This document shows, one piece after another, positions 34,129-47,700 of a DNA stretch of 64,000 nt. How positions within the stretch are numbered: position 1 is the stretch's first letter; the number at the start of each line of letters is the position of its first letter. This DNA is from Macrostomum lignano (lineage: Eukaryota), in the NCBI GenBank assembly GCA_002269645.1, contig NIVC01001079.1:62001-126000 (forward strand), in the 5' to 3' direction. A program made the position numbers and the translations under genes. The notes under the pieces are model-generated. The model had not been told where the DNA came from, searched no databases, and was given only the letters and a program-made list of their open reading frames with translations.

Positions 34129-36200
34129 TTATCTCAAAATAGACTCATGAAAGATGTCCACCGTGGTCTCCAAGCACTGGCGCAGCGACAAGTCGTGAGT
34201 GCCCAAGTCCAGCTGCCTGGACAGCTTCCTGTACAAGCTGAGGCCCCGCCCGATCTTCACCCGCCAGCCGTTGCTGAAGTACACCTCCCGGTCGTGCAGG
34301 CTGTCGCGCAGGCTCAGCCGCAGTTGGATGCCCCGCTCGGCCAGGGACTCGGCAATGAGGTCCAGGCTCTGGCGCTGCTTAGCCGCGTCCGCTTCGTCCG
34401 GCCCGGTGACCAGGTGGATCTCCTGGAGGCAGCCGGGGCAGCGGCTGGCGCAGAGTTCGCAGAATTGCAGAAAAAAGTGCAACTGAGGGAATGCGTAAAA
34501 GCGATTAAAATCTTGTTATCAGGAATCTCTTTAGCGATTCTTGTCACGGTCACATGAAACTTTCACTACACAGGAATATATGGTGCAGGCTAAATCTATA
34601 GTCGCACTTGCCTGGTACATCTTTCTAATATAAGGATCTTCAACTCGAATCCACACAACTGACGCATCCTTGAGGCAGTCGCCGAAAATTCTATCGTAGC
34701 CGTAGCCAGTCTCGCCCTCGCCGATTCTATACTGAGTATGCTTTGGTTCGCTTGCTAAAAATAAAGATAAGTACAATTGTCCAATATAAATAAATCAGTA
34801 AAAACTTCATTTATAATGATACTACTATATTATGAAAACTGAGTAGCCAGATGCGCACATTGCGGACTAATTTGTCCAGAAGCGAGCAGCTTCTTTTTAA
34901 GCGATTCAGCGCGACCCAAATACTCTACGAGTCGAGTTCGAATAGCAGTTCGCTTGGCCACCTCGGATTCTGGCACGGTTTTGAGGAACTCCATCAACTT
35001 GTCCAGGCCTTCCTTGTAGCAGGAGAAAGCGGCAATCAGTCTGTGGGCAAAGAGAAAAATCAGTTGTGCAAAGAAACCTCAGCAGGACAGTCACCCTCGA
35101 ATCAGCAAGGGTGCAAAGCAGCAAACTGAAGTCACCTTTTTAAACGTTTAAATGTTTGGTAGCTAAATTTCATGGATATAGAAATATTAAATTGACAGTA
35201 GTTAAATATATCAAATATATCTTTTGCCTTCTGTTACGTCATATTTATATTTGTATACATTAAATAATCATGTATTTTGTTATGATATAGTTTCTAGATC
35301 AGTAGATCATGGGCCTTAAGTAGCTTAAGTGGCTATAAGAAAGTGAGGGTTTAATAATTTTAATTAAATATTAATATGAAAATAAGCAAATTTAGAATGA
35401 TAATAGAACATATAGAAAATTAATTTTAAAAGGGCTGAGTTATTTATTGTACTAAATAATGAAATATTTATACTATGGAATAAAAATAAAACTTTGAAAT
35501 TTAGAAAAAAACAAAATTTCCACAGTAGACTCAGTGTCTCATTAAAGCTCAATGGGCCTCCCACAATTGGTATAAGGCCTAGGCATGGGGAGCAACAAAA
35601 ATGTATGCATTTTTTAGGAAATAATAAAAAATAAATTAATAAAAGGTCTAGATTGTTTAAAATATTTTTATGTACAAACTACAATTATAATTAAAATAAC
35701 TAGAGATAATAAGTAGGCTATAAGTAGGCTCTTGAATTATTGTATCTGTAATTCTAAAATTAACTAAATTATGCATGCCTAAAAATATCAATACCTAATT
35801 GTTGCAGCTATTATAAAATAAACAGGAGCAAATAAAGAGAAAAATATTTAATTCTATAATGCATACTAAACTTATTGTAAAATTCATAGTAAAATAACTA
35901 CTACACATACATAGTAAGTTACTTAGTATGCATCCTATAATATGCAAAAAATGTTACTTGTCAAGAGCCATGGCTTAAGACTAAGTTCACTAGCTGTACG
36001 AATAATCAAAAATATTTTTTTGATACTGCAGATGGCGAAGGATTAGTAATAATTAATAGAGTATAGGAATACAGCTTTTTAAAGTCAAAAAACAAGAAAT
36101 TCTTTGCTTACTTGTCTTCACTGTCGAATGTAACTGCTTTAAGAAGCCAACGTTTTGATACATCAAATAAGTTTTCTGTTACATCGCCTGATACTGCCAT
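34129..36200 (-). CDS. MITD1: MIT domain-containing protein 1 (ESCRT-III-binding; MIT + PLD-like domain), ~255 aa, 4 exons
   Basis: Exons 36200-36112, 35040-34859 (alternative donor 34868), 34754-34612 and 34482-34129. MIT: LLKAVTFDSEDKLIAAFSCYKEGLD..EYLGRAE. C-terminal: GYGYDRIF, EDPYIR, LHDREVYFSNGWRVKIGRGL, CLETTVDIFH. Confidence 0.95.
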
Positions 36201-37067
36201 GACCTAGGTATATTATTACCAATCGTGCAGCAAAAGAAAACAAGATTTAGGTAAAAACAGAAAACAATTCACAATTGCAAATTTTGAATTGATTGATGAA
36301 TATGATTTCTTTCTACTGATTTTTACTGAAAAAATCATAAAATAAAAATATTAACTAGATAATCTAGAATAAAAACAATTTAAACAAAGCGCAGAGAAGA
36401 AATTAAAACAACAGCAACCAACTTTTATTTTTAAGTTTAATTACTGATTCAATTCAACTTCCAGCGAAATTTTTAACGCATTTCTATGAAAATCGAAAAT
36501 TCGAATGCTCGGTCCACTTTAACAAAATACGGTAAATACAAAATGCTGCATTGCATTCAAGGTGAAGCCGTTTAAACGAGTAATTAAGTAACATAAGGGG
36601 TGTAAATGCTTTTTCACCCCATTAATTAAGGGTTGAGATAAAGACAGACTTTACATACCCTGGTAAGCAATGTAAGTGTAACTATAACTTATAACTTAAC
36701 ACTAACACTATCTAGCTATCTTTTTTTCTGCAAGCCCTCAAGACTTTTTAAGCCAAGAGGAAGGCAGTGCAGAAACCTTGTATAAATGAGTTGTAATTGT
36801 GTAGCATCGCTAATAAAAGTCAAAACAAAAGCGGAAGCTTCACGCATCAGATCCAACGGCCCAAATTTATGCGAGCGATATTTTTCTGATAGAATTGCAG
36901 AAATCCAGAAAAAACAACAGCTCCGATCGACATGCCTAAAGGAACAGAAAATACTGAGAAAAAACTAACTGGCTTTATTTTGAAAGGATAAATATGGAGA
37001 AAATGAATATCGTCTCTCTGAGCTTCTGAGCTCATCACAGGATCACCGTCTGGTGTCTGCTGAAACA

Positions 37068-38148
37068 ATGGATTGCCTAGCTGAAGCCTCAAGCTGTTGC
37101 TGCTCTTGATTGCTGTTCCAATCTGCTGTTGATTGCTGTTGAGTGCAGCAAACGCACTGCTGAAGTATTGATAAGATCAAGTTTCACTTACGCTCGTAGC
37201 GTTGAAGAAGTCGAGCAGTCCAGCTAAGCTGCTCACATCGTTACCGACATTTTTGCCTGCGCATTTCTGTGCGCTAAACGGCCGGGCTGTCTGACTTTCG
37301 GCTACTCCGTTGAGACCCTCATCTGCGAGATGACGAATGAGGAAGGCAGGCTCTCCGATGAGGGAGCCGTCTTCTACGACAAGAGCAAGCCAGATGAGCA
37401 GCTGAGCCACGTGATCTAACAAGAAAGTCAATTACCCGCTGCTTCTGCTCAAGCAGATCTGCTTTTTGGCGCATATTTCCCACCCGCAGCCGCGAGTCCA
37501 GCCTGCACGAAGACCAGATCGGCGACCGATGACGGCCGTCTGTGGTGCGCCCCTTCCAGCAGCGGGTGAGCGATTTGGTCAGCTTCGAGCAGCCCTGGAC
37601 TGGCTACGAGGCCGAGTTCGGTGACTCGGTGAACTTCTGGATCGGTGAGTGGCCTGCCAGCTGTTCACAGAATTTTAATAATAAAGCTCATTTTTGAGCA
37701 ATCAATCAATTTCAGGCTTGCAAGCCATTCACCAGCTGAGCACGGTTTTTGCCGAGGGTGTCACTCTGCTAGTCGAAATTGTCACCTGGCAGGACGAGAA
37801 ACTGATCCAGGAGTACCCCGGCTTCCGTGTTGAAAATGCCAGCACAAAATACACGATGACTGCGGGATCCTTGAATCGCAATCGTTCCAGCACTTATAAA
37901 GACAATTTAAGGATAATAGGGGAATGATGTTCTCAACAATGGACCACATTTATGGCTCGTATTTGGACTCGTGCTCAAAAGTTTATCACGGCAGCAGCGG
38001 ATGGTGGTTTGGTAAATGCTCAAGCTCGAATCCGAATGGCTTGTACTCGCTATCGGAGGTCAACGATCCGGAATTTATCTGCTGGAAGCGAAACAGCAGC
38101 TGGACGTCGTTCAAGGCTACCCGGCTGTCGCTGGGTCCTTCGAAATGA
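37068..38148 (+). pseudogene. PAN/Apple + fibrinogen-related domain gene with disabling lesions
   Basis: PAN-like CAFLCAKRPGCLTFGYSVETLICEM follows an in-frame TAA (37225-37227). FReD motifs: FQQRVSDLVSFEQPWTGYEAEFGDSVNFWIG|LQAIHQL (intron 37645-37715), MMFSTMD, GWWFGKCSSSNPNG. Frameshifts near 37540 and ~37910. Confidence 0.8.
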
Positions 38149-39514
38149 AAAACCAAAGTTTTCGTTTACAATTGTTCCAAAGGTCAAGTGTTTAAATCTT
38201 AAATTAATATTTATTAGTTCCTATCTCTCTGCTCTAGCTTTTCACTTAGCTAGCTATTCTATTTTCCACAGTCAAAATTGTGTTCCTTCAATGACGAAAG
38301 TAGCTTGCCCTTCTTCTTTGTCCAGTTCATATTGTACTCCCCCAAACACACTAAATATGAGCTATAGGATAAGTCCAACCTTTAAAAAATTATTGTTGCA
38401 ATTCTTTTTTTATCGGCTTGGCATTCATTGTTACACAATATTTTGGGCTACTGGTCCTTCCCTTCCATACATTACTCGGACATTCCTTTGATCAATGAAC
38501 GAAGCCTTTGATAAATCACATCGGTCTTGAACCACGCAGGTAGAGGACACTCACACATCCAGAGACTCACCTTTGGACACTCACCCAGACACTCTGCTGC
38601 CCGACCCCTCATCCAGCCTGTCCGACCCCACTCCTGGGCCTGCCCGACCGGCCTGCCCCACCCCGCCTCCGGGGCCTCCTCATCGCTGATTGGCTCCCCT
38701 TCGCTTGGCCAATCAGCGACGTGGGCCAGATTGCACCATTTTCCTACTACTTACATGGTATAGAGGGGTAAATAAAACTGATCGAGGAAAGAAAGCAACG
38801 GTGCACCTAAAAAGAACGAATCTTTTAAAAGCAATTCTATTTTATAATTGAGATGAGCTGAATTGTTTAGAATCTCAACATAACTTGTCGTGCGATTCAC
38901 ACCCCACGAGGGCCAACCCTCCAAGGCACACAGAGGTGTACATGCCCTGTGTGAGCGTGCGTACGAGTGCGTTTTGACAATTACTATAACATAAACAATT
39001 GTTACACGCTAAAAGTGCAAAACAAGTGTAAAAAACAAAGACTGAAGACTAATTAATTCTCTGGCCGTTGCTGAAACAAAATTTGAAGCCAAGCCGTGTT
39101 CTGATTGTTTATATTCTTTAGCAAAATAAACATGTTATTCTAAACACTGTGGGTTGAAAAGGAGGATGGACAGGGCCGCAGGCATTAAGCGCAACCTTGG
39201 ACAGAGGAAAACACGGCATCATCAGAGAGGCAGCCAGGGTGTAAAAAATTTCACCCACTTCAGCTGACAAAGCCTACAGTCAAACAAAGGTGATCAAAAC
39301 TAAAAAAGGAAAATTAGTCAAACTGTGCAGGCAAGCTGATGTGATTAGTGCAGTTCTTTAGACAATGCTGACAAACCAGAGCCTCATCTAAGCCTCAGGG
39401 TGAATTATGGAACCGATGACTGGTAGAAGAATTTAAAAAAGTGGTAGCCAGTTATCAGCCAGCCACTGTTGACTTCTTCTAGTCGAAAATGAGTAGATTA
39501 GCGTTCTCGGCTCG

Positions 39515-39905
39515 CCAAAAACCCTGGTTGCCATGAGGAAATAGCCAAAAACCTTGGTTACTGTGAGAACGTGGCCAAAAAACCATGGTTGCTATGGGCT
39601 GAGACTATAAAAAACCTGGTTGCTATGGGAATGTGGCTGAAAAAGCCTGGTTGCTATGAGGAAATGGTCAAAAACCCTGGTTGCTATGACGATTGCTATA
39701 GAGCTGGGGCTCTTAAAATCCTGGTTGTTATGGTGACGTCACGTGGCTGAAAAGAACCTGGTTGCTATGGGGATTTGGCAAAAAATTCCTGTTGCTATGC
39801 CACAGACGCGGTCATAAACACTGGTTGCTATTATGAAGATGCTACGGAGTACCAAAGCCCTCTATTTGCTATGCATCCGAACAGCCCCTCCACCTAGTTG
39901 CTATG
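39515..39905. repeat. Degenerate tandem array with core CCTGGTTGCTATG
   Basis: About 12 irregularly spaced copies. Confidence 0.85.
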
Positions 39906-40444
39906 CAGCCTACAAAAATTCAAAGAGTTCAAGCTGAGTGAAACAAAGCATGTATAAATATAAAAAGAGCGGGCCAATTGGCAAGAGACAAATCTCTATC
40001 TAATAAATAACAGAAAATTTGAAACATTATAATGGCACGAATTCAAACGTCAGAGTGCATAATTGTTAAAACAAGTTACATAGCACACCATATATAGTTA
40101 AATGGGAATAATTCAATTGTGCGCATAAAACAGCTGTCGGGCAATTTGGAAAGTGCAATTGTAATGATGAACAGAGAAGGCTGCTGATTATTAAAGCTCA
40201 CCATACTACTGAGAAAAGTAATAATCTTAAATTATTGAATGGGCATAAAATTTAATAAATATTTTTTATCGATTAGACACAAAACTGCAAATTGGTAATC
40301 AAACTGGTTTGGTAGAACTAAGACACTTCAGATATATAAGCACTCATTCACCGTTTGATCTCAGCGGCTGACCCCATGTGACCTCTGAGCAGTCGACAGT
40401 CAAGTTGACCATCCATCTCCTCTCAACGACCCAATTAAATTAAC

Positions 40445-41307
40445 AATCGAAAGGGGTCAACTGACCCCTCTAGCCAGTAAGCAGGGTCAACTGACCCTTC
40501 TAAACAGTCAGCAGGGTCAACTGACCTCTATAAATATTCAGCAGGGTCAACTGACCCCTCAAAACAGTCAACAGGGTCAACTGACCCCTCAAAACAGTCA
40601 ACAGGGTCAACTGGGTCAACAGGGTCAACTGACCCCTCTAGCCAGTTAGTAGGGTCAACTGACCTCTCAAAACAGTCAGCAGGGTCAACTGACCCCTCAA
40701 AACAGTCAGCAGAGTCAACTGACCCCTCTAGCCAGTAAGCAGTGTCAGCTGATCCCTCTAAATAGTCAGCAGGGTCAACTGACCTCTCTAAACAGTCAGC
40801 AGGGTCAACTGACTCCTCTAGCCAGTAAGCAGGGTCAAATGACCCCTCTAAATAGTCAGCAGGGTCAACTGACCTCTATAAATATTCAGCAGGGTCAACT
40901 GACCCCTCAAAACAGTCAACAGGGTCAACTGACCCCTCAAAACAGTCAACAGGGTCAACTGGGTCAACAGGGTCAACTGGGTCAACAGGGTCAACTGGGT
41001 CAACAGGGTCAACTGGGTCAACAGGGTCAACTGACCCCTCTAGCCAGTCAGTAGGGTCAACTGACCTCTCAAAACAGTCAGCAGGGTCAACTGACCCCTC
41101 AAAACAGTCAGCAGAGTCAACTGACCCCTCTAGCCAGTAAGCAGTGTCAGCTGATCCCTCTAAATAGTCAGCAGGGTCAACTGACCTCTCTAAATAGTCA
41201 GCAGGGTCAACTGACCCCTCTAGCCAATAAGCAGGGTCAAATGACCCCTCTAAATAGTCAGCAGGGTCAACTGATCCATCAGAACAGTCAACAGCGTCAA
41301 CTGACCC
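40445..41307. repeat. 30-bp minisatellite with palindromic core GGGTCA-AC-TGACCC
   Basis: Tandem copies immediately downstream of the GPCPD1 stop. Confidence 0.94.
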
Positions 41308-41339
41308 CCAAAAATGGACAATCAAAGCTTGTCAAACAT

Positions 41340-44198
41340 TCACAGACAGCCGCCAGTCTGCGACGAAGATGTAGAAGCCGTCGAAGGCGACCGGTGCGGT
41401 AGCTGGTGGTGCTGGGCCAGCGGAGAAGCGGAGGAGCTCCTGCTGGTATCGGCAGCCACGCCGGTCGCAGCCTCAGTCTCATTCTCGGCCTGCTCAAACA
41501 CTGTCCGACTGCCGAGCGCCTTCTCTGCGTGGATATAATCGTAGATGAGGGCGTCGACGCCCAGCTGTCGGAAACGGGCCTTGACATTGGCGTCGTTGAG
41601 CCCGTCACCCCAGACGAACAGCACCAAACCGGCATTTTGCACCCGGGCCACCAGAGATTCTTCTTTCAGCAGCTCTTCAAAGCTGGCTGACAGGCCGAGT
41701 ACGCCTAGGGATAAAGCGTGGCGCATTGACGCCAGAGTGGAGTTGCAGCGGGGGTCCTCATAGGGCGGGTAGGCCTCCGACCGGCCCTGGGTGAGGAACA
41801 GCACCGGGTAGCGGTTCTGCTTCAGCTGCACCATGGTGCAACAATCGGCATCGAAGGTGCACAGAACTATTCTCCTGCGGCCGCCGCATTCGATGACGTC
41901 TTTGAGAATTCTATTGACGTATCTATTACGCTCGGAGTAGTGCTCCACATTCTCCTCTAGCTGGCTGCCCTTCACCTTCTGAGGATATTTGATCTCGATT
42001 AGGAATCCAGTGTCCGGGTTCACCTGCGCGTGGATGCGAGGAGTGGTAGGGACTCGGTTAGCTTTGGCTGAAGCTGTTTGATTAGTACCTGTGATACCTG
42101 TGATACCTATCAGTCTAACCTGTGAACCCGTCAATTTTACGTGCGACCCCTGTCAGTCTCACCTGTGACCCCTATCAGTCTCACCTGTGACCCCTGTCAG
42201 TCTCACCTGTAACCCCTGTCAGTCTCACCTGTGACCCCTATCAGTCCCACCTGTGACTCCTATCAGTCCCACCTGTGACCCCTATCAGTCCCACCTGTGA
42301 CCCCTGTCAGTCTCACCTGTAACCCCTGTCAGTCTCACCTGTGACCCCTATCAGTCCCACCTGTGACTCCTATCAGTCCCACCTGTGACCCCTATCAGTC
42401 CCACCTGTGACCCCTATCAGTCCCACCTGTGACCCCTATCAGTCCCACCTGTGACCCCTGTCAGTCTCACCTGTGACCCCTATCAGTCCCACCTGTGACT
42501 CCTATCAGTCCCACCTGTGACTCCTATCAGTCCCACCTGTGACCCCTATCAGTCCCACCTGTGACCCCTATCAGTCCCACCTGTGACTCCTATCAGTCCC
42601 ACTTGTGACCCCTGTCAGTCTCACCTGTGACCCGTGTCAGTCTCACCTGTTCCAGGCACTGGCGCAGGCTGGGAAAGGGCTGCAGCTCCACAGGATCGAT
42701 ATCGTCAGTGTCCAGATGCTCCTCATTGTCGGTCATCTCGGCTAGGGAGCAGAGCTTCATGCTTTGCAGACTTTCCATTGTGAAATTTTTAACAGGGACT
42801 TCAATCTGTTTGAGCTTTCGCTGCTTCAATCGCATGGTTACGGCTACGTTGAAGTCGTGAAACACAACCGGAATCTGCGGTTGAAAAAGGTGTCAAAAGG
42901 GTTCAATTCATATAGTTTAAGCAAGAAGCAAGTCGGCCTTCCACACAACCGGCGAGAGGCATTGCTGCCCATTCCGCCGACTCCCCTGAGCAGGCACACA
43001 AGCGCGCGGATACTTCCGCAGTCATACGCACAGGCACACACTCACACAGGAGTGTACAGCGGCCCTAACTTGATTCATCGTTAGGCATGTACACTTCACT
43101 GCCCTTGGGCTTTGGCCCTTAAGGGTGTTAATTGCACGAGCAGAGCCAAGCCGAGAAGAGAGGTCTCATCACTCTATCGCAACTCCAACACTATATCTCC
43201 AGAAGGAAGTAACGGAGATATGAAATCCCAGAGATATGAAATCCCAGAAATATGAAATCCCAGAGATATGAAATCCCAGAGATATGAAATCCCAGAAATA
43301 TGAAATCTCAGAGATATGAAATCTCAGAGATATGAAATCTCAGAGATATGAAATCTCAGAGATATGAAATCTCAGAGATATGAAATCTCAGAGATATGAA
43401 ATCTCAGAGATATGAAATCTCAGAGATATGAAATCTCAGAGATATGAAATCTCAGAGATATGAAATCTCAGAGATATGAAATCTCAGAGATATGAAATCT
43501 CAGAGATATGAAATCCCAGAGATATGAAATCTCAGAGATATGAAATCCCAGAGATATGAAATCCCAGAGATATGAAATCCCAGAGATATGAAATCCCAGA
43601 AATATGAAATCTCAGAGATATGAAATCCCAGAGATATGAAATCTCAGAGATATGAAATCTCAGAGATATGAAATCTCAGAGATATGAACTCAGAAATATC
43701 AAAGCACCCCAGCCGAGATTCGATTTTGGCCCCTAATAAATGTGACTGCACTTAGAATCGAGCCCGGGCCGCTGGCACATCAGAACGCCGCGCTAGACCA
43801 CTAGGCTACAGCTCCCATTTCATAACCATAGACACGCCAAAACTGACTGTCCCTGTCCTACTCACGTTGTCCTTAGAGAATTGAACGTCGAATTCGACAA
43901 AGTCGGCTCCGTGGCTGGCGGCCAGATTCATGGAGTGAATGGTGTTCTCCCGCACAGTGTTAATGAATGTGTTCTTTTTGTGCGAATTGCCGGCGCCTCT
44001 GTGCCCGACATCCATGGTTTTGCGCTTCACCCAGTGCCGCCTGTACGTCACCGATACGTCGTTGCGAAGGTGCGGTGACATCGAAGTGATGAACAAATAC
44101 TGCAATTTGAGTGTGCCCACTAGCACAGGAGCGCCCTGCTTGCTCACCATCACCTGCGGGCAGCGGGGTGAGATGAAAGCTGGTCAGCGGTCTGTTGA

Positions 44199-44233
<35 letters not shown>

Positions 44234-44242
44234 CTATCTCAC

Positions 44243-44283
<41 letters not shown>

Positions 44284-44328
44284 GCCTGTCCTATCTCACT
44301 GTCTGTCTGTCTGTCTGTCCTATCTCAC

Positions 44329-44373
<45 letters not shown>

Positions 44374-44418
44374 GCCTGTCCTATCTCACTGTCTGTCTGT
44401 CTGTCTGTCCTATCTCAC

Positions 44419-44455
<37 letters not shown>

Positions 44456-44500
44456 GCCTGTCCTATCTCACTGTCTGTCTGTCTGTCTGTCCTATCTCAC

Positions 44501-44549
<49 letters not shown>

Positions 44550-44594
44550 GCCTGTCCTATCTCACTGTCTGTCTGTCTGTCTGTCCTATCTCAC

Positions 44595-44626
<32 letters not shown>

Positions 44627-44730
44627 CTATCTCACTGTCTGTCTGTCTGTCTGCCTGTCCTATCTCACTGTCTGTCTGTCTGCCTGTCCTATCTCACTGT
44701 CTGTCTGTCTGTCTGTCTGTCCTATCTCAC

Positions 44731-44774
<44 letters not shown>

Positions 44775-47700
44775 ACTGTCTGTCTGTCATGCAGTACCAG
44801 TCAGGCCAAACCTGCAGTATTTTGACGCCCTTGCTCTCCTGACTGCGCAGCGGCATGAGGCTGGCTTTGCCAATCAGCTGCCGGCTTTTCGGATCGCGCA
44901 GCTCGATGTCGAAAGCGGTGGACTCCAGGTCGAATGTGTCAACCTGGCGGTCAGGTATTGAAAATGAAATCAGTTTAGTGAATTAGTGAATCAGTTATTC
45001 ACTACTGTTGAAAGAAACCTGGCACTGTTGACTCACCTGGAACACCAGGTGACTATCCGGGGTGCAAAGTTCGCCAGAGGTAGCCTGAGGTCGAGTACGG
45101 CAGTCGGCGTCCGGGTCTGACGAGTCGTCATTTGGAGGCGTCGACTCGCCGATGCTACACACGGTGGCGGGCAGCCTGTGAAGATCAGAAGCCAATTGAG
45201 TCAAGGCAGATGTACAACTTTAGGATGTTCACCTTCATGATTCACAACGTCCAGAATGTACATTTTCATGATGTACAACGTCAAGGATGTACCCCTTTAG
45301 GGTCACAACTTCAAATATGTACGCTTGTACACCTTCAGGATGCCCACCTCGAGCATTTACAACTTCAGAATGTACTATTTCAGGATGCACCCCTTCAGGA
45401 TGTACAAAAATAGGAGCTACAACTTCAGGATGTACATCTGCAGAGTGTACAGCTTCAGGAAGTAAAGCTTCATGCAAGGATCTCACTTTCTCTAACGCTT
45501 CCTGTAATTCTGTAACAGCTCACCTGCCAGCCAGGTATTCGTCGCCATTGAGCGACTCTTCCAGTTCGCCCATCTGAATAGGCAGAGTCGCAGAGCTGCC
45601 GCCGCCACCTCCAGCGTTGCTGTTGTTGGCCGCAGCGGAGGTCATCGAGTTGGCAGCGTCCGAATAAGCCGCCGAGCCGGTGCCCTCGGCTATGGAGTGC
45701 GACCAGCAGGACACCAGGGCGGTGCGGACCGCGCGTCGGTAATTGGGCCGGAACCATTCCAGACAGCCGGGCATCAGGTGCAGGTGCACCTGAGTCTGGC
45801 CGGTCAGCCAGCCACGCTGGATGCGCTTCTGCTGCTGTAAGGGGCGAGAGGGAAAGTGTACATGTGCACATTGCAGGGCGTACGCAGACACGCACTCATA
45901 TACACATTCACAACAGGGTGTACAGCAACCCCGATTTTCTAATCGTCAGGCATGTACACTCACTGTGCCTTCTGGGTTGGGCCTCATGGGTGGGAATCGC
46001 GATCGCAACGCACGAAATCAAATCAATGTAGTATGTACATTGGGAAGGTGGGCTACAGAGAGTATGTACATTGGGAAGGTGGGCCACAGATAGTATGTAC
46101 ATTGACAGGTGGGCTACAGAGACTATGCACATTGGGAAGGTGGGCTACAGAGAGTATGTACATTGGGAAGGTGGGCCACTGAGACTATGTACATTGGGGA
46201 GGTGGGCCACAGAGAGTATGCACATTGGACAGGTGGGCCACAGAGAGTATGTACATTGGACAGGTGGGCCACAGAGAGTATGTACATTGGACAGGTGGGC
46301 CACAGAGAGTATGTACATTGGGGAGGTGGGCTACAGAGAGTATGTACATGGGAAGATGGGTCACAGAGAGTATGTACATTGGACAGGTGGGCCACAGAGA
46401 GTATGTACATTGGACAGGTGGGCCACAGAGAGTATGCACATTGGACAGGTGGGCCACAGAGAGTATGCACATTGGACAGGTGGGCCACAGAGAGTATGCA
46501 CATTGGACAGGTGGGCTACAGAGACTATGTACATTGGGGAGGTGGGCTACAGAGACTATGTACATTGGGGAGGTGGGCTACAGAGACTATGTACATTGGA
46601 CAGGTGGGCTACAGAGACAATGTACATTGGGGAGGTGGGCTACAGAGACTATGTACATTGGACAGGTGGGCTACAGAGACTATGTACATTGGGGAGGTGG
46701 GCTACAGAGACTATGTACATTGGGGAGGTGGGCCACAGAGACTATGTACATTGGGGAGGTGGGCTACAGAGACTATGTACATTGGGGAGGTGGGCTACAG
46801 AGACTATGTACATTGGGGAGGTGGGCTACAGAGACTATGTACATTGGACAGGTGGGCTACAGAGACTATGTACATTGGGGAGGTGGGCTACAGAGACTAT
46901 GTACATTGGGGAGGTGGGCCACAGAGACTATGTACATTGGGGAGGTGGGCTACAGAGACTATGTACATTGGGGAGGTGGGCCACAGAGACTATGTACATT
47001 GGGGAGGTGGGCTACAGAGACTATGTACATTGGGGAGGTGGGCCACAGAGACTATGTACATTGGGGAGGTGGGCTACAGAGACTATGTACATTGGGGAGG
47101 TGGGCCACAGAGACTATGTACATTGGGGAGGTGGGCTACAGAGACTATGTACATTGGGGAGGTGGGCTACAGAGACTATGTACATTGGGGAGGTGGGCCA
47201 CAGAGACTATGTACATTGGGGAGGTGGGCTACAGAGACTATGTACATTGGGGAGGTGGGGCCGAGAAGACGGACAGTGGACACCTAAAGGCTGAGCCACT
47301 CACACTGCCATCCTGAGCAATAACGACGCCGAACTCCGGCACGTCAACGTCGGGTTGAACAGCCCCCGTCAGGCAGTCCATCAGGGCCAGGCGCCTAGGG
47401 TTGCGAAACGATTCCCAGTGTGAGATGCACAGCGTCACTTCGCTGTCCTCGTCGTTGGGATTGTGGCAACGGGCGAGGAAGAACCTGCGAATCGTGCAGG
47501 GCATTCTCATTGGATTAACGAATTCATAGTTAATATCAATAGAATAATGGGAAAATAGGTTTAAATAGGTTTTTATCAGCTTGAAGCAGTGAACGCTATA
47601 AGTTAGCTACATTTTTATGTTCTAGCACAAAATTTCAATTTGCACTTAGCCTCGAAATTGGCTCGCTCGATTAATGAAATATCATACGCGAGGGTGAGAA

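Noticed and set aside
38683-38719. 12-bp inverted repeat with two CCAAT boxes
   Set aside because: No associated gene start or element boundary. It could be chance or a TE remnant.
46071-47316. Three ~400-aa plus-strand ORFs
   Set aside because: A 31-bp repeat cycling through all frames, antisense to a GPCPD1 intron.
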